DNA from: an uncultured Phycisphaerales bacterium
GTDB lineage: Bacteria; Planctomycetota; Phycisphaerae; Sedimentisphaerales; Anaerobacaceae
NCBI GenBank assembly: GCA_963718665.1
Contig: OY970359.1
Span: 1,088,001-1,152,000, forward strand
Direction of reading: 5' to 3'
Length of the DNA stretch: 64,000 nt
Under the pieces are notes generated by a model. That model saw only the letters and a list, made by a program, of their open reading frames with translations. It was not told the DNA's origin and did not search any database. Shown here one piece after another: positions 1-11,041 of this stretch (its first letter is position 1; each line of letters opens with the position of its first letter). The position numbers and the translations under genes were made by a program.

Positions 1-552
1 CTCATACAGATGCCCGACGTTATAAAGCTCGTGGCTTCCGTCTAATTTTGACCAACGTTCGTTGCCGAACCAGTTCTCTAACCTTTTGGTCTTTGTAGTT
101 CTCGCCGTGTATAAATAGCCGTCCTTCTCCTGTGCCGCGGCGATTTTAGCAATCACTTCATCGAGATATTTCTCCAGGTTCGGGTCCGGATACGCGCTTA
201 GCGAATAAGATGCCGCCTCGATGCTCTTATAAACATCCGAATCATCGAACGGGTATTGTCCGCAGAATTGTCCTTCTTTCAGCCCGCCTGCTACGGCGAA
301 ATTATCAATCCGCCCTGTCTTCTCGCACGCATTGAGGATATGCGGTATCGTTACCTTGCGGTTCGTTTCAATCCTCGGCTTCCAGAACTTGTCCGTCAAA
401 CTCACATCCGTCAGCGGCACCGCCTCAATCGGGTAATCTTTCTTCAGCTTGACTAATTTGCCGCGAGATGCTCCTGTTTCACATCCGCCTGCTGTCAGCC
501 CAAGAGCAATTGCGAGAATTGTCAAAATCGCGGTTATGCGTATGCCGTTCAT
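1..552 (-). CDS. Glycoside hydrolase family 127 (beta-L-arabinofuranosidase-like) lipoprotein, 5' part only; runs off the window
   Basis: Manual translation from the ATG at 552 (AAGGAGG RBS): MNGIRITAILTILAIALGLTAGGC..DYPIEAVPLTDVSLTDKFWKPRIETNRKVTIPH..GRIDNF..YPFDDSDVYKSIEAASY..AQEKDGYL. This is a typical GH127 N-terminus. Confidence 0.85.
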   Translation of the reverse strand, partial: MNGIRITAILTILAIALGLTAGGCETGASRGKLVKLKKDYPIEAVPLTDVSLTDKFWKPRIETNRKVTIPHILNACEKTGRIDNFAVAGGLKEGQFCGQYPFDDSDVYKSIEAASYSLSAYPDPNLEKYLDEVIAKIAAAQEKDGYLYTARTTKTKRLENWFGNERWSKLDGSHELYNVGHLYE

Positions 553-623
553 AATGCCTCCTTTGCATTTTTTATTTATTGGAACAAAATTCCGCAACAT
601 TTAAGGCAGATTATAAGGTGTGC

Positions 624-1565
624 TTACCCAAAGTGCAATTCGACAATATCCTTGTCGTTGAGGACGTGATTACGCTGGACGCTCTGACCTTCGTAAACGC
701 CTGTCCCCCAGATTCTGGCGTGCTTGAGTTTTTCCGCAAGCTCTCTGTGAATCACCCTGGCTAAATCCAGCACTGTTGACCCTTCAGGTATTGTAAACGG
801 CTCATTCATATCGGGTTTTTTCCCGGGCGGCTTGGCATATACCCTGATAATTCCCAGCAGCTTAAACAGCATTGCCGGCAGCTCACCCATTCCTTCGCCG
901 GTATCAACCGAAACAGCGATTATCTCAAAGCGGTTATCGCAAAATTGTTTAACCTTATCAATTGAGCCATTGCCCGCAATATCACTTTTGGTGCAAATGC
1001 ACACGGTTTTTTTGGCCGGCAGCAAATTTCTCGTCTCAAGAAAATCAAGGCAAACCTTCCATTGCTCTTCAACGTCAGCCGACAAATCAATCACAATCGC
1101 GATTAAATCGCAGTTTCGATATGTCCCAATCTGTCCGGGCATAACAATTTCAGCGGTGATGGGCGGCATATCCACAAGCTCAATCGGAACATCCTCGAAT
1201 TTCATCACCCCGGGTACAGGCACATTTGTCGCAAACGGAAAATCCGCAATGTGGACCTTCGCGTCGGTCAGCAATCCAACAATCGAGCTTTTGCCTGAGT
1301 TCGGCATACCGAGCAGGACAACCTGGCCCGCACCTGTGCGGGGGATGTGAAAGATATCCACGCCGCCGCTTTTGTGTCGTTTTTCCTCGCCCTCCTTCAA
1401 TGCGCTGAGCTTTTGTCGAAGGTCCGCCTTGAGCTTGTCGGTTCCCTTGTGCTTGGGCATCACCGCCAGCATCTGCTCAAGCGCAAGGATCTTCTCCTGG
1501 GTCGTAGTTGCCGACCGATACCACTGCTCCGCCTTAAAATAGTCAGGCGTCAAATTTGCCGGCAT
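624..1565 (-). CDS. DRG/Obg-family GTPase with TGS domain
   Basis: MPANL start, PKHKGT motif, GMPNSGKSS (G1), DMPP, TKSD (G4) and a C-terminal TGS-like domain. Confidence 0.9.
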   Translation of the reverse strand: MPANLTPDYFKAEQWYRSATTTQEKILALEQMLAVMPKHKGTDKLKADLRQKLSALKEGEEKRHKSGGVDIFHIPRTGAGQVVLLGMPNSGKSSIVGLLTDAKVHIADFPFATNVPVPGVMKFEDVPIELVDMPPITAEIVMPGQIGTYRNCDLIAIVIDLSADVEEQWKVCLDFLETRNLLPAKKTVCICTKSDIAGNGSIDKVKQFCDNRFEIIAVSVDTGEGMGELPAMLFKLLGIIRVYAKPPGKKPDMNEPFTIPEGSTVLDLARVIHRELAEKLKHARIWGTGVYEGQSVQRNHVLNDKDIVELHFG

Positions 1566-1596
1566 TTTCTAAAATCCGAAACAGGTTTTTAGCTGA

Positions 1597-2691
1597 TTAC
1601 TTTATATTTTCCGCAACAAGGTCGCCGACCTGGTTGGTCGAATAGCCCATCTTTCCTGCGGCTAATGATTTCAGCTTATTGGCCGTGACGAATTTTACTG
1701 AGTCCTCGATAGCATTCGCTGCTTTTTGCTCGCCGAGGGTCTCAAGCATCATCCCGCCCGCGCAAATCGCCGCCAACGGATTGATGACGGCTTTACCAGT
1801 GTATTTCGGTGCGCTGCCGCCTATCGGCTCGAACATGCTGACGCCTTCGGGATTGATATTGCCGCCAGCGGCGATTCCCATACCGCCCTGAATCATCGCG
1901 CCGAGGTCGGTGATGATGTCGCCGAACAGGTTGCCCGTAACAATCACGTCAAACCATTCGGGGTTTTTCACGAACCACATACAGGTTGCATCAACGTGAT
2001 AGTACTCGCGCTTGATATTCGGGTATTCCTTTTGACCCATTTCGTGGAATGCTCTTTCCCACAAATCATAAATGAAGGTCAGGACGTTCGTCTTGCCGCA
2101 AAGCGCAAGCGTGTTGTTTTCGCCTTTGCCTCTTGCCTTTTTGCCGTTTTTCTTTGCGTATTCGAATGCGTATTTCAGGCATCTATCGACCTGGAAGCGA
2201 GAGTAAACCGATGACTGTACCGCGACCTCGTGGGGCGTTCCTTTCATCGTAATGCCGCCCGTGCCTGTATATGCGTCGCCGGAGTTTTCACGCACGACGA
2301 CAAAATCAATCTGCTCAGGCCCTTTACCCTTTATAGGCGTCTCAACGCCGGGATATAATCTTACCGGGCGCAGGTTGATATACTGGTCAAGTTCGAACCG
2401 TAATTTTAATAAGATGCCTTTTTCCAAAATCCCCGGCTTAACGTCCGGATGACCGATTGCGCCCAGCAGTATCGAATCGAATTTGCACAGTTCAGCAATT
2501 GCGCTATCGGGCAGCGTTTCACCTGTTCTTTTGTATCTTTCGCCGCCGAAATCGAAAGGCGTCAAATCCAGCTTAAAGCCGAATTTTGCCGCAGCCGTAT
2601 TGATGACCTTTACCGCTTCCGCCGTAACTTCCGGCCCGGTGCCATCACCGCCTATCACGGCTATCTTGTAACTCTTAACACTTTTTGCCAC
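1597..2691 (-). CDS. leuB: 3-isopropylmalate dehydrogenase
   Basis: [30 protein letters not shown] and FEPIGGSAP motifs; lies in the leu operon. Confidence 0.93.
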   Translation of the reverse strand: MAKSVKSYKIAVIGGDGTGPEVTAEAVKVINTAAAKFGFKLDLTPFDFGGERYKRTGETLPDSAIAELCKFDSILLGAIGHPDVKPGILEKGILLKLRFELDQYINLRPVRLYPGVETPIKGKGPEQIDFVVVRENSGDAYTGTGGITMKGTPHEVAVQSSVYSRFQVDRCLKYAFEYAKKNGKKARGKGENNTLALCGKTNVLTFIYDLWERAFHEMGQKEYPNIKREYYHVDATCMWFVKNPEWFDVIVTGNLFGDIITDLGAMIQGGMGIAAGGNINPEGVSMFEPIGGSAPKYTGKAVINPLAAICAGGMMLETLGEQKAANAIEDSVKFVTANKLKSLAAGKMGYSTNQVGDLVAENIK

Positions 2692-2724
2692 GTCTTTTTC
2701 TCCTTTATTTCAATTTGTGGTTTG

Positions 2725-3207
2725 TTATTTACTTTTCTTTATATATTCGAGCAGTCCGCCATCTCTGATTATCTCTAAGGCAAATTGAGGCAAAGGCCGA
2801 AACTCGATTCGTTGGCCATTGGTCTTGTCCTCGATTATACCTTTATCGTAATCGATTTGCACCTCGTCACCGTCGCTGATTCGCTCGACCGCGTCTTTGC
2901 TCTCGATTGTGTAAAATCCGCAGTCAATCGCATTGCGGTAGAATATCCGCGCAAATGTCCTGGCGATTACCGTTTGCACACCCGCTCCGCGAATTGCCCA
3001 TACGGCATGCTCTCTCGACGAGCCGCAGCCGAAGTCATCGCCAGCGACAATTACGTCACCCTTGCTTAGCTTCTTTACAAACCCGGCGTCCAAATCTTCC
3101 ATACAATGCTTCGCAAGTTCCTGCTCGTTGTCGGTATTCAAATACCTGGCCGGTATTATCTCATCCGTGTTTATATGGTCTCTTTTATATACATTCGCCT
3201 TACTCAT
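2725..3207 (-). CDS. leuD: 3-isopropylmalate dehydratase small subunit
   Basis: INTDEIIPARYL, FGCGSSREHA and FARIFYRN motifs; start MSKANV follows a GAGGAG RBS. Confidence 0.93.
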   Translation of the reverse strand: MSKANVYKRDHINTDEIIPARYLNTDNEQELAKHCMEDLDAGFVKKLSKGDVIVAGDDFGCGSSREHAVWAIRGAGVQTVIARTFARIFYRNAIDCGFYTIESKDAVERISDGDEVQIDYDKGIIEDKTNGQRIEFRPLPQFALEIIRDGGLLEYIKKSK

Positions 3208-3230
3208 TTTTCTCCTCACTTCGACATTCA

Positions 3231-4493
3231 TTAAATATATTTTCTGCAATCTGTTAATTTTCCTTCGATAGCGCTTGCTGCCGCTGTGGCAGGACTTGCG
3301 AGATATACTTCACTCTTGGGACTTCCCATTCTGCCGACGAAGTTGCGATTGGTCGTGCTGACGCACTTCTCACCAGCGGCGAGAATTCCCATAAATCCGC
3401 CCAGACACGCGCCGCAGGTCGGCGCGGAGATTACGCAGCCGGCCTTATAGAAGACGCCGAATAGTCCTTCGTCATCCGCCTGTTTCCAGATTGTAGGCGT
3501 CGCGGGCACAATTATCGTGCGAATCTTCACCTCTTTGCCCTTCATAATCTTCGCGGCAATCCTGAGGTCTTCAATTCGTCCGTTAGTGCAGCTTCCGATA
3601 TACGCCTGGTCCATAGCCATACCTTTGCATTCGCTAATCGGCTTGGCGTTGCTCGGCAGATGCGGCATAGCGACCATCGGCTCTAACTTCGAGCAGTCAA
3701 ACTCCTCAACCGATGAATATTCCGCGTCGGCATCTGATTCGAATACCTTATAGGTCTTCTTGTCTTTTAGATGCGTGGCAAGATATTTCTTCGTCACGCT
3801 GTCAAAACCGATGATGCCGTTTTTCGCGCCTGCCTCGATTGCCATATTGGTGATGGTCATCCTTGCCTCCATCGACATATTCTTCAACGCAGGTCCGACG
3901 AATTCCATCGCTTTATAAAGCGCACCATCCACACCAATCCTCGTTATCACCGCGAGGATTACGTCCTTGCTGTAAACGCCGTGAGACAGTTTGCCGTTCA
4001 AAACAAACTTTATTGATTCCGGCACCCTGAACCAAAGTTCGCCCGTGGCGATTGACGCGGCTAAATCCGTCGAGCCGATACCTGTGCTGAACGCCGCGAA
4101 CGCGCCATAAGTGCAGGTATGCGAATCGCCGCCCACGATTACCTCGCCGGGCCTGATATGCCCTTGCTCTGGAAGTAACGCGTGGCATACGCCCACCCTG
4201 CCGAGCTTATAGTAGTATCTGATTTTATGGCGCCTCGCCCATTCATCAAGGCGCTTATGCAGCTCCGCGCTTTTGATGTCCTTTGCCGGCTGAAAATGGT
4301 CGGGCGTTACGACAATCTTGTTCTTGTCGAATACCTTATCGATTCCCTTTTCAATCAGCATCGATATCGCCGCCGGCGTCGTTACGTCGTGGCACATCAC
4401 CACATCAATCTTCGCGTTGATAAGCTCGCCTGCTTTTACAGTTTTGTTTCCACTCGCCCTTGCGAGGATTTTCTCTGTTATTGTCATTCCCAT
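3231..4493 (-). CDS. leuC: 3-isopropylmalate dehydratase large subunit
   Basis: [29 protein letters not shown] and [11 protein letters not shown] motifs. Confidence 0.93.
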   Translation of the reverse strand: MGMTITEKILARASGNKTVKAGELINAKIDVVMCHDVTTPAAISMLIEKGIDKVFDKNKIVVTPDHFQPAKDIKSAELHKRLDEWARRHKIRYYYKLGRVGVCHALLPEQGHIRPGEVIVGGDSHTCTYGAFAAFSTGIGSTDLAASIATGELWFRVPESIKFVLNGKLSHGVYSKDVILAVITRIGVDGALYKAMEFVGPALKNMSMEARMTITNMAIEAGAKNGIIGFDSVTKKYLATHLKDKKTYKVFESDADAEYSSVEEFDCSKLEPMVAMPHLPSNAKPISECKGMAMDQAYIGSCTNGRIEDLRIAAKIMKGKEVKIRTIIVPATPTIWKQADDEGLFGVFYKAGCVISAPTCGACLGGFMGILAAGEKCVSTTNRNFVGRMGSPKSEVYLASPATAAASAIEGKLTDCRKYI

Positions 4494-4517
4494 CGTTCCG
4501 TTTCCTTTGTCTTTAAT

Positions 4518-4543
4518 GTCATTCCTGCGAAAGCAGGAATCCA
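4518..4543. repeat. Short palindromic REP-like element GTCATTCC-N-GCG..GGAATCCA
   Basis: GTCATTCCTGCGAAAGCAGGAATCCA; a related copy lies at 50672-50697. Confidence 0.75.
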
Positions 4544-4568
4544 TTCTGCCTTTTTCCTTTTTACCTTC

Positions 4569-6131
4569 TTAAAGTTCCGCTTTAGCTCCCGGCTCTTCAG
4601 CGCCGGGGCTGCCGACCATTCTGTTAATAGCGTCAATATACGCCTTTGCGCTTGCCTCGATGATGTCCGTCGAGACGCCTCTGCCGACAAACGTGCGACC
4701 ATCGGTTTTTATTTTCACCGTCGCTTCGCCGAGGGCTTCTTTGCCGCTTGTAACGGCACGTATCGAGTAGCTCTCTAATTTCGGCGAGAAACCAGTCGCC
4801 TCGCGTATCGCGTTATAGGCGGCGTCAACAGGCCCATCGCCGTCGGCTTGTGCCTCTTTAACTTCGCCTTTGGTTTTTATCTTCACGGCAGCAGTCGGTG
4901 CGTTGCCCGTCTCGATGAGCACGCGTAAATACTCAAGCGTAAAGGTATGCTCGACCGCACGCACCTCATCATCGATAATCGCGACAAGGTCCTCATCGAA
5001 CACCTCTTTTTTCTTGTCCGCCACCTGCAAAAACTTCTGATACGCCTGCTCAACTTCATCCTTGCTGAGCTTATAGCCGAGTTTCTTGCAATGGTCCGTG
5101 AACCCATGCCTGCCCGTATGCCTGCCAAGCACCATTCTTGAACCGGCAAGCCCAATCGTCTCAGGCGTCATTATCTCGTATGTCTTGCGTTCCTTTAGGA
5201 CGCCATCCACGTGCACACCCGATTCGTGGGCAAAGGCATTGGCACCGACAATCGCCTTATTCGGCTGAATGACAAATCCCGTCAGGCGAGACACAAGCTG
5301 GCTCGTCCGGAAAATCTCGGTTGTTTTGATGCCGGTCGTGAGTGGTTTTCCACCCGATGCTTTTGTGAAAAAGTCGGGCCTGGTATGTATCGCCATCACG
5401 ACTTCTTCGAGCGCGGCATTTCCAGCCCGTTCGCCAAGTCCGTTTATCGAGCATTCCACCTGTCTTGCGCCGTTTCTCACGCCTGCCAGCGAATTCGCAA
5501 CCGCCTGGCCCAGGTCGTTATGACAATGCGTGCTGATTACCGTCTTGTCGACGCCGGGGACACCGGCGACAAGCTGGGCGATAATCTGGCCGTATTCGTA
5601 AGGCAATACATAACCCACTGTATCCGGGATGTTCAGCGTCGTTGCGCCGGCTTCAATCACGGCGGTCAAAATCTCAATCAAAAACGGCATTTCGCTGCGA
5701 CAGGCATCCTCAGGCGAAAACTCAACGTCATCGGTAAAGCTCTTCGCTAACTTCACCGCCGCGACAGCCATCTTCAGCACCTCAGCGGGGGTCTTGTTGA
5801 GCTTGTGCTTCATATGTATCGGGCTTGTCGCGATAAACGTATGTATGCGTCGTTTCTTCGCGGGCGCAAGGGCCTTGCCAGCCGAGGTGATATCGGCTTC
5901 GTGAGCGCGGGCGAGGCCGCAAATCGTCGAGTTCTTTACCTGTTCGGCTATAAGTTTTGTCGCGTCAAACTGTGCGGGCGATGAGACCGGGAAACCCGCC
6001 TCGATGACGTCCACGCCCAAAAGCGCCAATTGCTGGGCGATTTCGAGCTTTTCAGCCACCGAAAGCGATGCGCCGGGCGCCTGTTCGCCGTCACGTAAGG
6101 TCGTGTCGAATATTATCACTTTGTCCTGCAT
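4569..6131 (-). CDS. leuA: 2-isopropylmalate synthase
   Basis: [23 protein letters not shown] and AHESGVH motifs; regulatory domain with GDGPVDA and DIIEASA. Confidence 0.95.
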   Translation of the reverse strand: MQDKVIIFDTTLRDGEQAPGASLSVAEKLEIAQQLALLGVDVIEAGFPVSSPAQFDATKLIAEQVKNSTICGLARAHEADITSAGKALAPAKKRRIHTFIATSPIHMKHKLNKTPAEVLKMAVAAVKLAKSFTDDVEFSPEDACRSEMPFLIEILTAVIEAGATTLNIPDTVGYVLPYEYGQIIAQLVAGVPGVDKTVISTHCHNDLGQAVANSLAGVRNGARQVECSINGLGERAGNAALEEVVMAIHTRPDFFTKASGGKPLTTGIKTTEIFRTSQLVSRLTGFVIQPNKAIVGANAFAHESGVHVDGVLKERKTYEIMTPETIGLAGSRMVLGRHTGRHGFTDHCKKLGYKLSKDEVEQAYQKFLQVADKKKEVFDEDLVAIIDDEVRAVEHTFTLEYLRVLIETGNAPTAAVKIKTKGEVKEAQADGDGPVDAAYNAIREATGFSPKLESYSIRAVTSGKEALGEATVKIKTDGRTFVGRGVSTDIIEASAKAYIDAINRMVGSPGAEEPGAKAEL

Positions 6132-6255
6132 TGTTTTATCTCCAAGTTCTTATACTGTCGGAAGTTAGGCAACCATTATGCCCTAAAACGGGCAGAAAAG
6201 CTACCGCTTTGTTTAAAGATTGAAAATAGGAAATCGAATTGTAGTACTATCGTTT

Positions 6256-6336
6256 TTATGCGCCTTGACGGCGCAGAATAAGAGCGAGGGCGATTAGCCC
6301 GGCAGGAACTACAAAATTTGTAAAGCTCTTAGTCAT
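6256..6336 (-). CDS. Putative leu operon leader peptide (26 aa)
   Basis: MTKSFTNFVVPAGLIALALILRRQGA*; four clustered Leu codons (CTA, CTC, CTT, CTG) and a stop about 125 nt upstream of leuA. Confidence 0.65.
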   Translation of the reverse strand: MTKSFTNFVVPAGLIALALILRRQGA

Positions 6337-6398
6337 ATCAATTATATTATACGGCATATCGTCAGCTTTGCAACAGTAATTATTAAAAAAAATGTTGG

Positions 6399-7331
6399 CT
6401 AAAGCAGCTTGTCAACTTTGGCGACGAGGTCTTTGACGTGGCTGACCGAGGTGTCGAATTCCTTATGTTCATCGGCGTTGAGGTTTAATTCGACGACTTT
6501 TTCGACGCCTGCTTTGCCGAGCACCGCGGGGACGCCGACGAAATAACCGCCTACGTTGTATTCCTTTTGGCAATAGACGCAGCAGGTTATCACGCTGCGG
6601 CTATTGCTCGTAATCGCCTCCGCCATTTTAACGACTCCCGCGGCTGGTGCGTAATGTGCGCTTGAGCCGAGCAGGTCAACGATTTCGATGCCGCCTTTTC
6701 TTGCGCGTTCAATCAGCCGGGCGATTGTTTCTTTGGGCAATAGCTCGGTGATTGATATTCCCGCGACGGTTGTGAACCGAGGCAGCGGGACCATATCATC
6801 GCCGTGGCCTCCCATCAGTATGCCGCGAATGTCCTCGCTGCTGATGTTTAATTCGGTCGCGACAAAATGGCAGAATCTTGCGACGTCGAGAGCCCCTGCC
6901 ATTCCCATTACCCTGTTCTTCGCAAAGCCCGTAACCTTCGACGCGACATATACCATCGCGTCGAGGGGGTTCGATACCACGATGACGATTGCCTGGGGAC
7001 AATATTTGGCGACTTTTTCGCTTACGTTTTTGACAATCTGGACGTTCTTTGCGAGCAAATCATCCCTGCTCATCCCCGGCTTTCGCGCAAGGCCGCTTGT
7101 GATTACGACGATTGAGCTGTCCTGTGCGGCTGCCCAGTCGGTCGTGCCCGTTATTTTGCAGCTATAACCCTGCACCGGGCCTGCTTCTGCCATATCGAGG
7201 GCCTTACCCTCTGCCAATCCTTTTACGATATCGATAAGAACGATGTCACCCAGTTTGCGCGAGGCCGCGATATGTGCCGTTGTCGCACCGACGTTGCCCG
7301 CACCTACGACTGTTAGTTTGTTGACGCTCAC
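6399..7331 (-). CDS. mdh: Malate dehydrogenase (LDH-like)
   Basis: VVGAGNVG, RKPGMSRDDLL, SNPLDAM and GGHGD motifs; GTG start after AAGGAG. Confidence 0.93.
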   Translation of the reverse strand: MSVNKLTVVGAGNVGATTAHIAASRKLGDIVLIDIVKGLAEGKALDMAEAGPVQGYSCKITGTTDWAAAQDSSIVVITSGLARKPGMSRDDLLAKNVQIVKNVSEKVAKYCPQAIVIVVSNPLDAMVYVASKVTGFAKNRVMGMAGALDVARFCHFVATELNISSEDIRGILMGGHGDDMVPLPRFTTVAGISITELLPKETIARLIERARKGGIEIVDLLGSSAHYAPAAGVVKMAEAITSNSRSVITCCVYCQKEYNVGGYFVGVPAVLGKAGVEKVVELNLNADEHKEFDTSVSHVKDLVAKVDKLL

Positions 7332-7348
7332 GATATTCTCCTTTTTAT

Positions 7349-8308
7349 TTACCGACACCTTATAAGCTGGTTTTCGTTGAAACTCAAGTTAGGGATATGC
7401 GTTTTGATGTCTTCGATGAAACGCAGACCGTCCTGCCAGTAGCCCGCGGTCGGCTTTATCGCGGGATTAAAGCCGAGGAAATAATTATTGATGTTCTCGA
7501 CGAGGACCTCTCGCAGGTATTTGCACGCCATCGACGCAAGTGATACAGGCATAAATTTACCATCCGCTCCCACTACGAAATGAACGCGTATTTTCCGATT
7601 GTTTGTTCGCATTTCGTAGCTGCTTCTGTCCTGGTCTTCGTGAATAATACGCAGTTGCGATTCGCCGAACATCAGCTGCAATTGGCGCTGATAGTGACTT
7701 CGTCCGCCCTGCCGGTCGATAACGATATCGAGGTCGTCGCCTGCGAAATCGCGCATAGCCGACTGCATTAATTCCGCGACCGCGGTAAAAAGCACCTTCG
7801 CCTTGTTATCAACCGCACTTACCATACGATTGTAATGCGCGACTTCCAGGCATCGGCTCTTTAATCCCAATAATTCGATATGCTGATTGGCAAGGTCGGC
7901 TCGCAGCATTGAAACCGCGATACCAATGTCTCCATCGTCTCCGCCAAGCTGATAGTCGCCTGCTTTTTTATACCACGGGTACTCCGCGATATGCTCAAGG
8001 CAATCAGGGCAAAGCGAGGATATGAGTTCGGTGAGGTTCTTCGGTTCGCTGCCGAGGTGTTTCAGCATCGCCAATACGGTTCGCCTGAGATGTTTTATGC
8101 CGATGGTCCTTGTGAACGCCTTTTTGCTGTCAACAATGAGCAGTCGGCCTTTAAGCGAGGCGCGTTTATCGGATACGCTTGCCCGCAAAATTTCCCAGTG
8201 ATTCGCCCATATTATATTATCCGGTACGCGGAATGCGCTCGACGAGACCACCAGAGGCCCCAGAATCGGCCCGAAACCCGCCTCGTCTATCCCCACCAGT
8301 ATCGCCAT
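7349..8308 (-). CDS. Ribonuclease HII family protein
   Basis: GIDEAGFGPILGPLVV, DSKK, IDRQGG and ADGKFMPVSLASMACK motifs. Confidence 0.8.
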   Translation of the reverse strand: MAILVGIDEAGFGPILGPLVVSSSAFRVPDNIIWANHWEILRASVSDKRASLKGRLLIVDSKKAFTRTIGIKHLRRTVLAMLKHLGSEPKNLTELISSLCPDCLEHIAEYPWYKKAGDYQLGGDDGDIGIAVSMLRADLANQHIELLGLKSRCLEVAHYNRMVSAVDNKAKVLFTAVAELMQSAMRDFAGDDLDIVIDRQGGRSHYQRQLQLMFGESQLRIIHEDQDRSSYEMRTNNRKIRVHFVVGADGKFMPVSLASMACKYLREVLVENINNYFLGFNPAIKPTAGYWQDGLRFIEDIKTHIPNLSFNENQLIRCR

Positions 8309-8329
8309 CCGTGACTCCCCCCTGCTCCG

Positions 8330-9067
8330 CTAAAGCGTTTCGTGCCTTATGATTGCACGGTAAATGCCGTTGACTCGTTTGCCATCAACCATCGCGGGTG
8401 GATACTTTTCATTCCTCGGCTGCAATCTTACCGTGTCGCTGGTCTCGAAGAATACCCGCTTAAAAGTCGTTTCGTGAGGTGTTGAGAACCGCACGAAGCA
8501 ATCGTCGCCGTTTCGCACCTCAGCGGCGGGCGAAAATACTATGATGTCACCCTCTTTGAATTTCGGCTCCATCGAATCGCCCACAACCCGCACCGCGAAC
8601 GCGTTGGGGTCGTGAACGTCCGGGCAGCGAATGTAATCGTCCGCGACGCCGACCGGGTAATCGAGGTCGTTAAAATCGGTCGGATATCCCGCGGCGACCT
8701 TGTTGATAATAGGGACAAGCCGACCGGGCGAAAGCGATGGTTTGCTGGCAATCGCTTCCTGTGAGCCGTCCTTTTTCTTGTCTTTGTTGAGATGACGCCA
8801 TTTTTCGTTTTCCGCCTCGACGGTCTCGACCCTCTCCCGAACGTCAGCGGGCATCCGTTCTATGTGCGCAAGATACAAAAGCGTTCCCGGCTCGAATCTC
8901 AGGACTTTCTCTAATTTTTGCAGAAGCTCATCGCTCGGCGGGTTGCTCACCTTGCCCGTCTCTATCGTCGAAAGATACGGCTTCGAAAATCCTATCCGGC
9001 TGCCCACCTCATCGAGCGTCAACCCCAGTTCTTCGCGTTTGCTTCTGATTATTTCGCCGAGTGACAT
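8330..9067 (-). CDS. XRE-HTH plus peptidase S24 (LexA/CI-like) repressor
   Basis: N-terminal HTH (LTLDEVGSRIGFSKPYLSTIETG), VAAG cleavage site, catalytic GDSM Ser and TFKR Lys. Confidence 0.88.
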   Translation of the reverse strand: MSLGEIIRSKREELGLTLDEVGSRIGFSKPYLSTIETGKVSNPPSDELLQKLEKVLRFEPGTLLYLAHIERMPADVRERVETVEAENEKWRHLNKDKKKDGSQEAIASKPSLSPGRLVPIINKVAAGYPTDFNDLDYPVGVADDYIRCPDVHDPNAFAVRVVGDSMEPKFKEGDIIVFSPAAEVRNGDDCFVRFSTPHETTFKRVFFETSDTVRLQPRNEKYPPAMVDGKRVNGIYRAIIRHETL

Positions 9068-9299
9068 CGCGTTTCTCCTGTATATTTGTTTGCGCCTGTC
9101 GGAACCAAACCACTTTGCCATCTAAATACCAATGCGTATTATATGTCTGGCAAACAAATCCACAAGTTCATTTAAGCAAATAAACGACACAGAGGTTAGA
9201 AAGAAAAAAGGAGGTAGGCGTTATTTCGCAAATATCCTCAATATCTGTTCAAAAACAGCGATTTTACGAAAAATGGGGCGACTCAGGGCAGGCAAGTGT

Positions 9300-10007
9300 T
9301 CAGATCGTCTTGCCGGCATAGTCCTGTGCGCAGAACAACCTGCCGGTTGTCCCGTCGTCAATCAGGACGGGCACCAGCGCCCCGGGCAACACTGACTCGA
9401 CGGCATTCGGGGCTTGCGGGCCGCCCAAATCCGTGCGCAGCCAGCCGGGATCCATCAGGTTCATCAGCACGCCGGTATCTTTGAGATGGCCTGCGGTGTC
9501 GGCCACGAACTTGTCCACGGCCGCCTTGGAGATGGCGTAGGCAATCAACTCCGGCTGGTCCTTTATCCCAGAGGTGACGTTGATAATCCGTCCCCAGTGA
9601 CGCTGCACCATGCCTGGAATCAGGCAGTGGCAGATACGGATGAGCGAAATGACGTTCACCTCGAAACTTTTGCGGAAATCGGCGGCGGGGACGTTCTGCC
9701 AGTCGTTGTGGTATGGCGTCATTACTGCGGCGTTGTTATAAACGATGTCGATGCCCGGGCCGGTACCCAGGACGCTTGTCAACATCGCGTCCACCTGGTT
9801 CTGGTCAGACAACTCGCCCGCGACCTGGCGTACCTGCACGCCCCTGGCGGTCAGCTCAGCGGCCAGAGATTTCGTATGGGCAGCGTCACGGCTGTGGAGC
9901 ACCAGGTTACAGCCATATTGGGACAACCCCAGGCAGACCTGCCTGCCTATGCCCCGACTTGCACCGGTTACCAAAGCCCACTTTCCGCAGATATCAGCTT
10001 TCTTCAT
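9300..10007 (-). CDS. Short-chain dehydrogenase/reductase
   Basis: TGASRGIG, NNAA, YAISK and PGWLRTD motifs. Confidence 0.9.
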   Translation of the reverse strand: MKKADICGKWALVTGASRGIGRQVCLGLSQYGCNLVLHSRDAAHTKSLAAELTARGVQVRQVAGELSDQNQVDAMLTSVLGTGPGIDIVYNNAAVMTPYHNDWQNVPAADFRKSFEVNVISLIRICHCLIPGMVQRHWGRIINVTSGIKDQPELIAYAISKAAVDKFVADTAGHLKDTGVLMNLMDPGWLRTDLGGPQAPNAVESVLPGALVPVLIDDGTTGRLFCAQDYAGKTI

Positions 10008-10061
10008 CGATTGACCCCTTTCTATGAATCCAATACTTACCAGGCCGCCACCAGCCAAGCG

Positions 10062-10085
10062 ACCCCTTCGACAAGCTCAGGGCAG
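10062..10085. repeat. REP-like element CCCTTCGACAAGCTCAGGGC
   Basis: Intergenic short element resembling a widespread bacterial repeat type; only one clear copy in this window. Confidence 0.5.
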
Positions 10086-10343
10086 ATAAACTCACCAGAA
10101 CCCAAAGGCGATCATCGTAACTTTTTGCAGGTAGTAGTCAAGGCATTCCAGACGCCCCCCGCCGTTTTTCAAAGCAAAACGAAACGCGGGGGCAAGCAGG
10201 CGATTGAATCTCCGAGCATCTTGCGGCAGAGAGAGCTTATATGTTATATTGTCATTTATGGAAAAGCATATCCATAGCAGCCGAACAATATGGGCCGCGT
10301 GAGATATTATTGTCCGATTGTTTTTGAAAGGACATGTTGAAAA

Positions 10344-10958
10344 ATGAAACAATTGTTACTGGTCCTGTTGGTGCTTGGGGTGTCTATGCCGGCCAGCGCC
10401 GACGTGCATGTCTATAACATGAAGGCGAGCAACGCGGAATACAAATATAATTCAGATTCATCAGATTCAAATGCCTGGGGGCAGATTAAAGATACCAATA
10501 CCGCGTTTGTTATCTTCGAGCTGCCAGGCGGCGGTTCAACCAACGTCTGGGCCGTTTATACCTATAAAGCTAAGGACCCAAACGGCAAAATGCAAAATTA
10601 TTGCAAGGGTGAAAACCGGGGCATATTAGGTTTTGAGCATGCGTCGTTAAGCCCAACAAAGGCAAAGTGGGTCATATCAGAGGCAGCCAATGGACGCCGT
10701 ATTATTCTGACCGGCGATGTAAACACGGCAAACATCCGCAGCTACAAAAGTTCCTGCAATTCCTGTCATGACCCGTCAAAAGGCACCCCTACATTTGACA
10801 TTACATCCTCCTTCGCCGGTTATTCGATAAAGAACAGAACCGACGCCAACCACACTGCGTTGTCCCTGAATGTGTACGTCGTCAGCCCAAATGAGACAGT
10901 AAAGATGCCTGTTTTGGTTGACGTTTCCGGCATCCGGTTTCTGATGCCTTTGAATTAA
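10344..10958 (+). CDS. Secreted hypothetical protein with one CXXCH motif
   Basis: Signal peptide ending ASA-D; contains SSCNSCHD. Confidence 0.7.
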   Translation: MKQLLLVLLVLGVSMPASADVHVYNMKASNAEYKYNSDSSDSNAWGQIKDTNTAFVIFELPGGGSTNVWAVYTYKAKDPNGKMQNYCKGENRGILGFEHASLSPTKAKWVISEAANGRRIILTGDVNTANIRSYKSSCNSCHDPSKGTPTFDITSSFAGYSIKNRTDANHTALSLNVYVVSPNETVKMPVLVDVSGIRFLMPLN

Positions 10959-11041
10959 ACTCTTTTCTGTTTTTAATAATTTTCGCTTTTAGATTTGCTT
11001 TGCGTTTTATTGTTTCATCCGCCTTTTTCTCACAATCGCCT

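Noticed and set aside
8330..9121. Prophage suggested by the CI/LexA-like repressor
   Set aside because: The neighbours are housekeeping genes, with no integrase or virion genes.
9414..10277. 287-aa plus-strand ORF and similar long shadow ORFs (10995-11780, 31048-31857, 45119-45832)
   Set aside because: They are antisense shadows of clearly identifiable genes.
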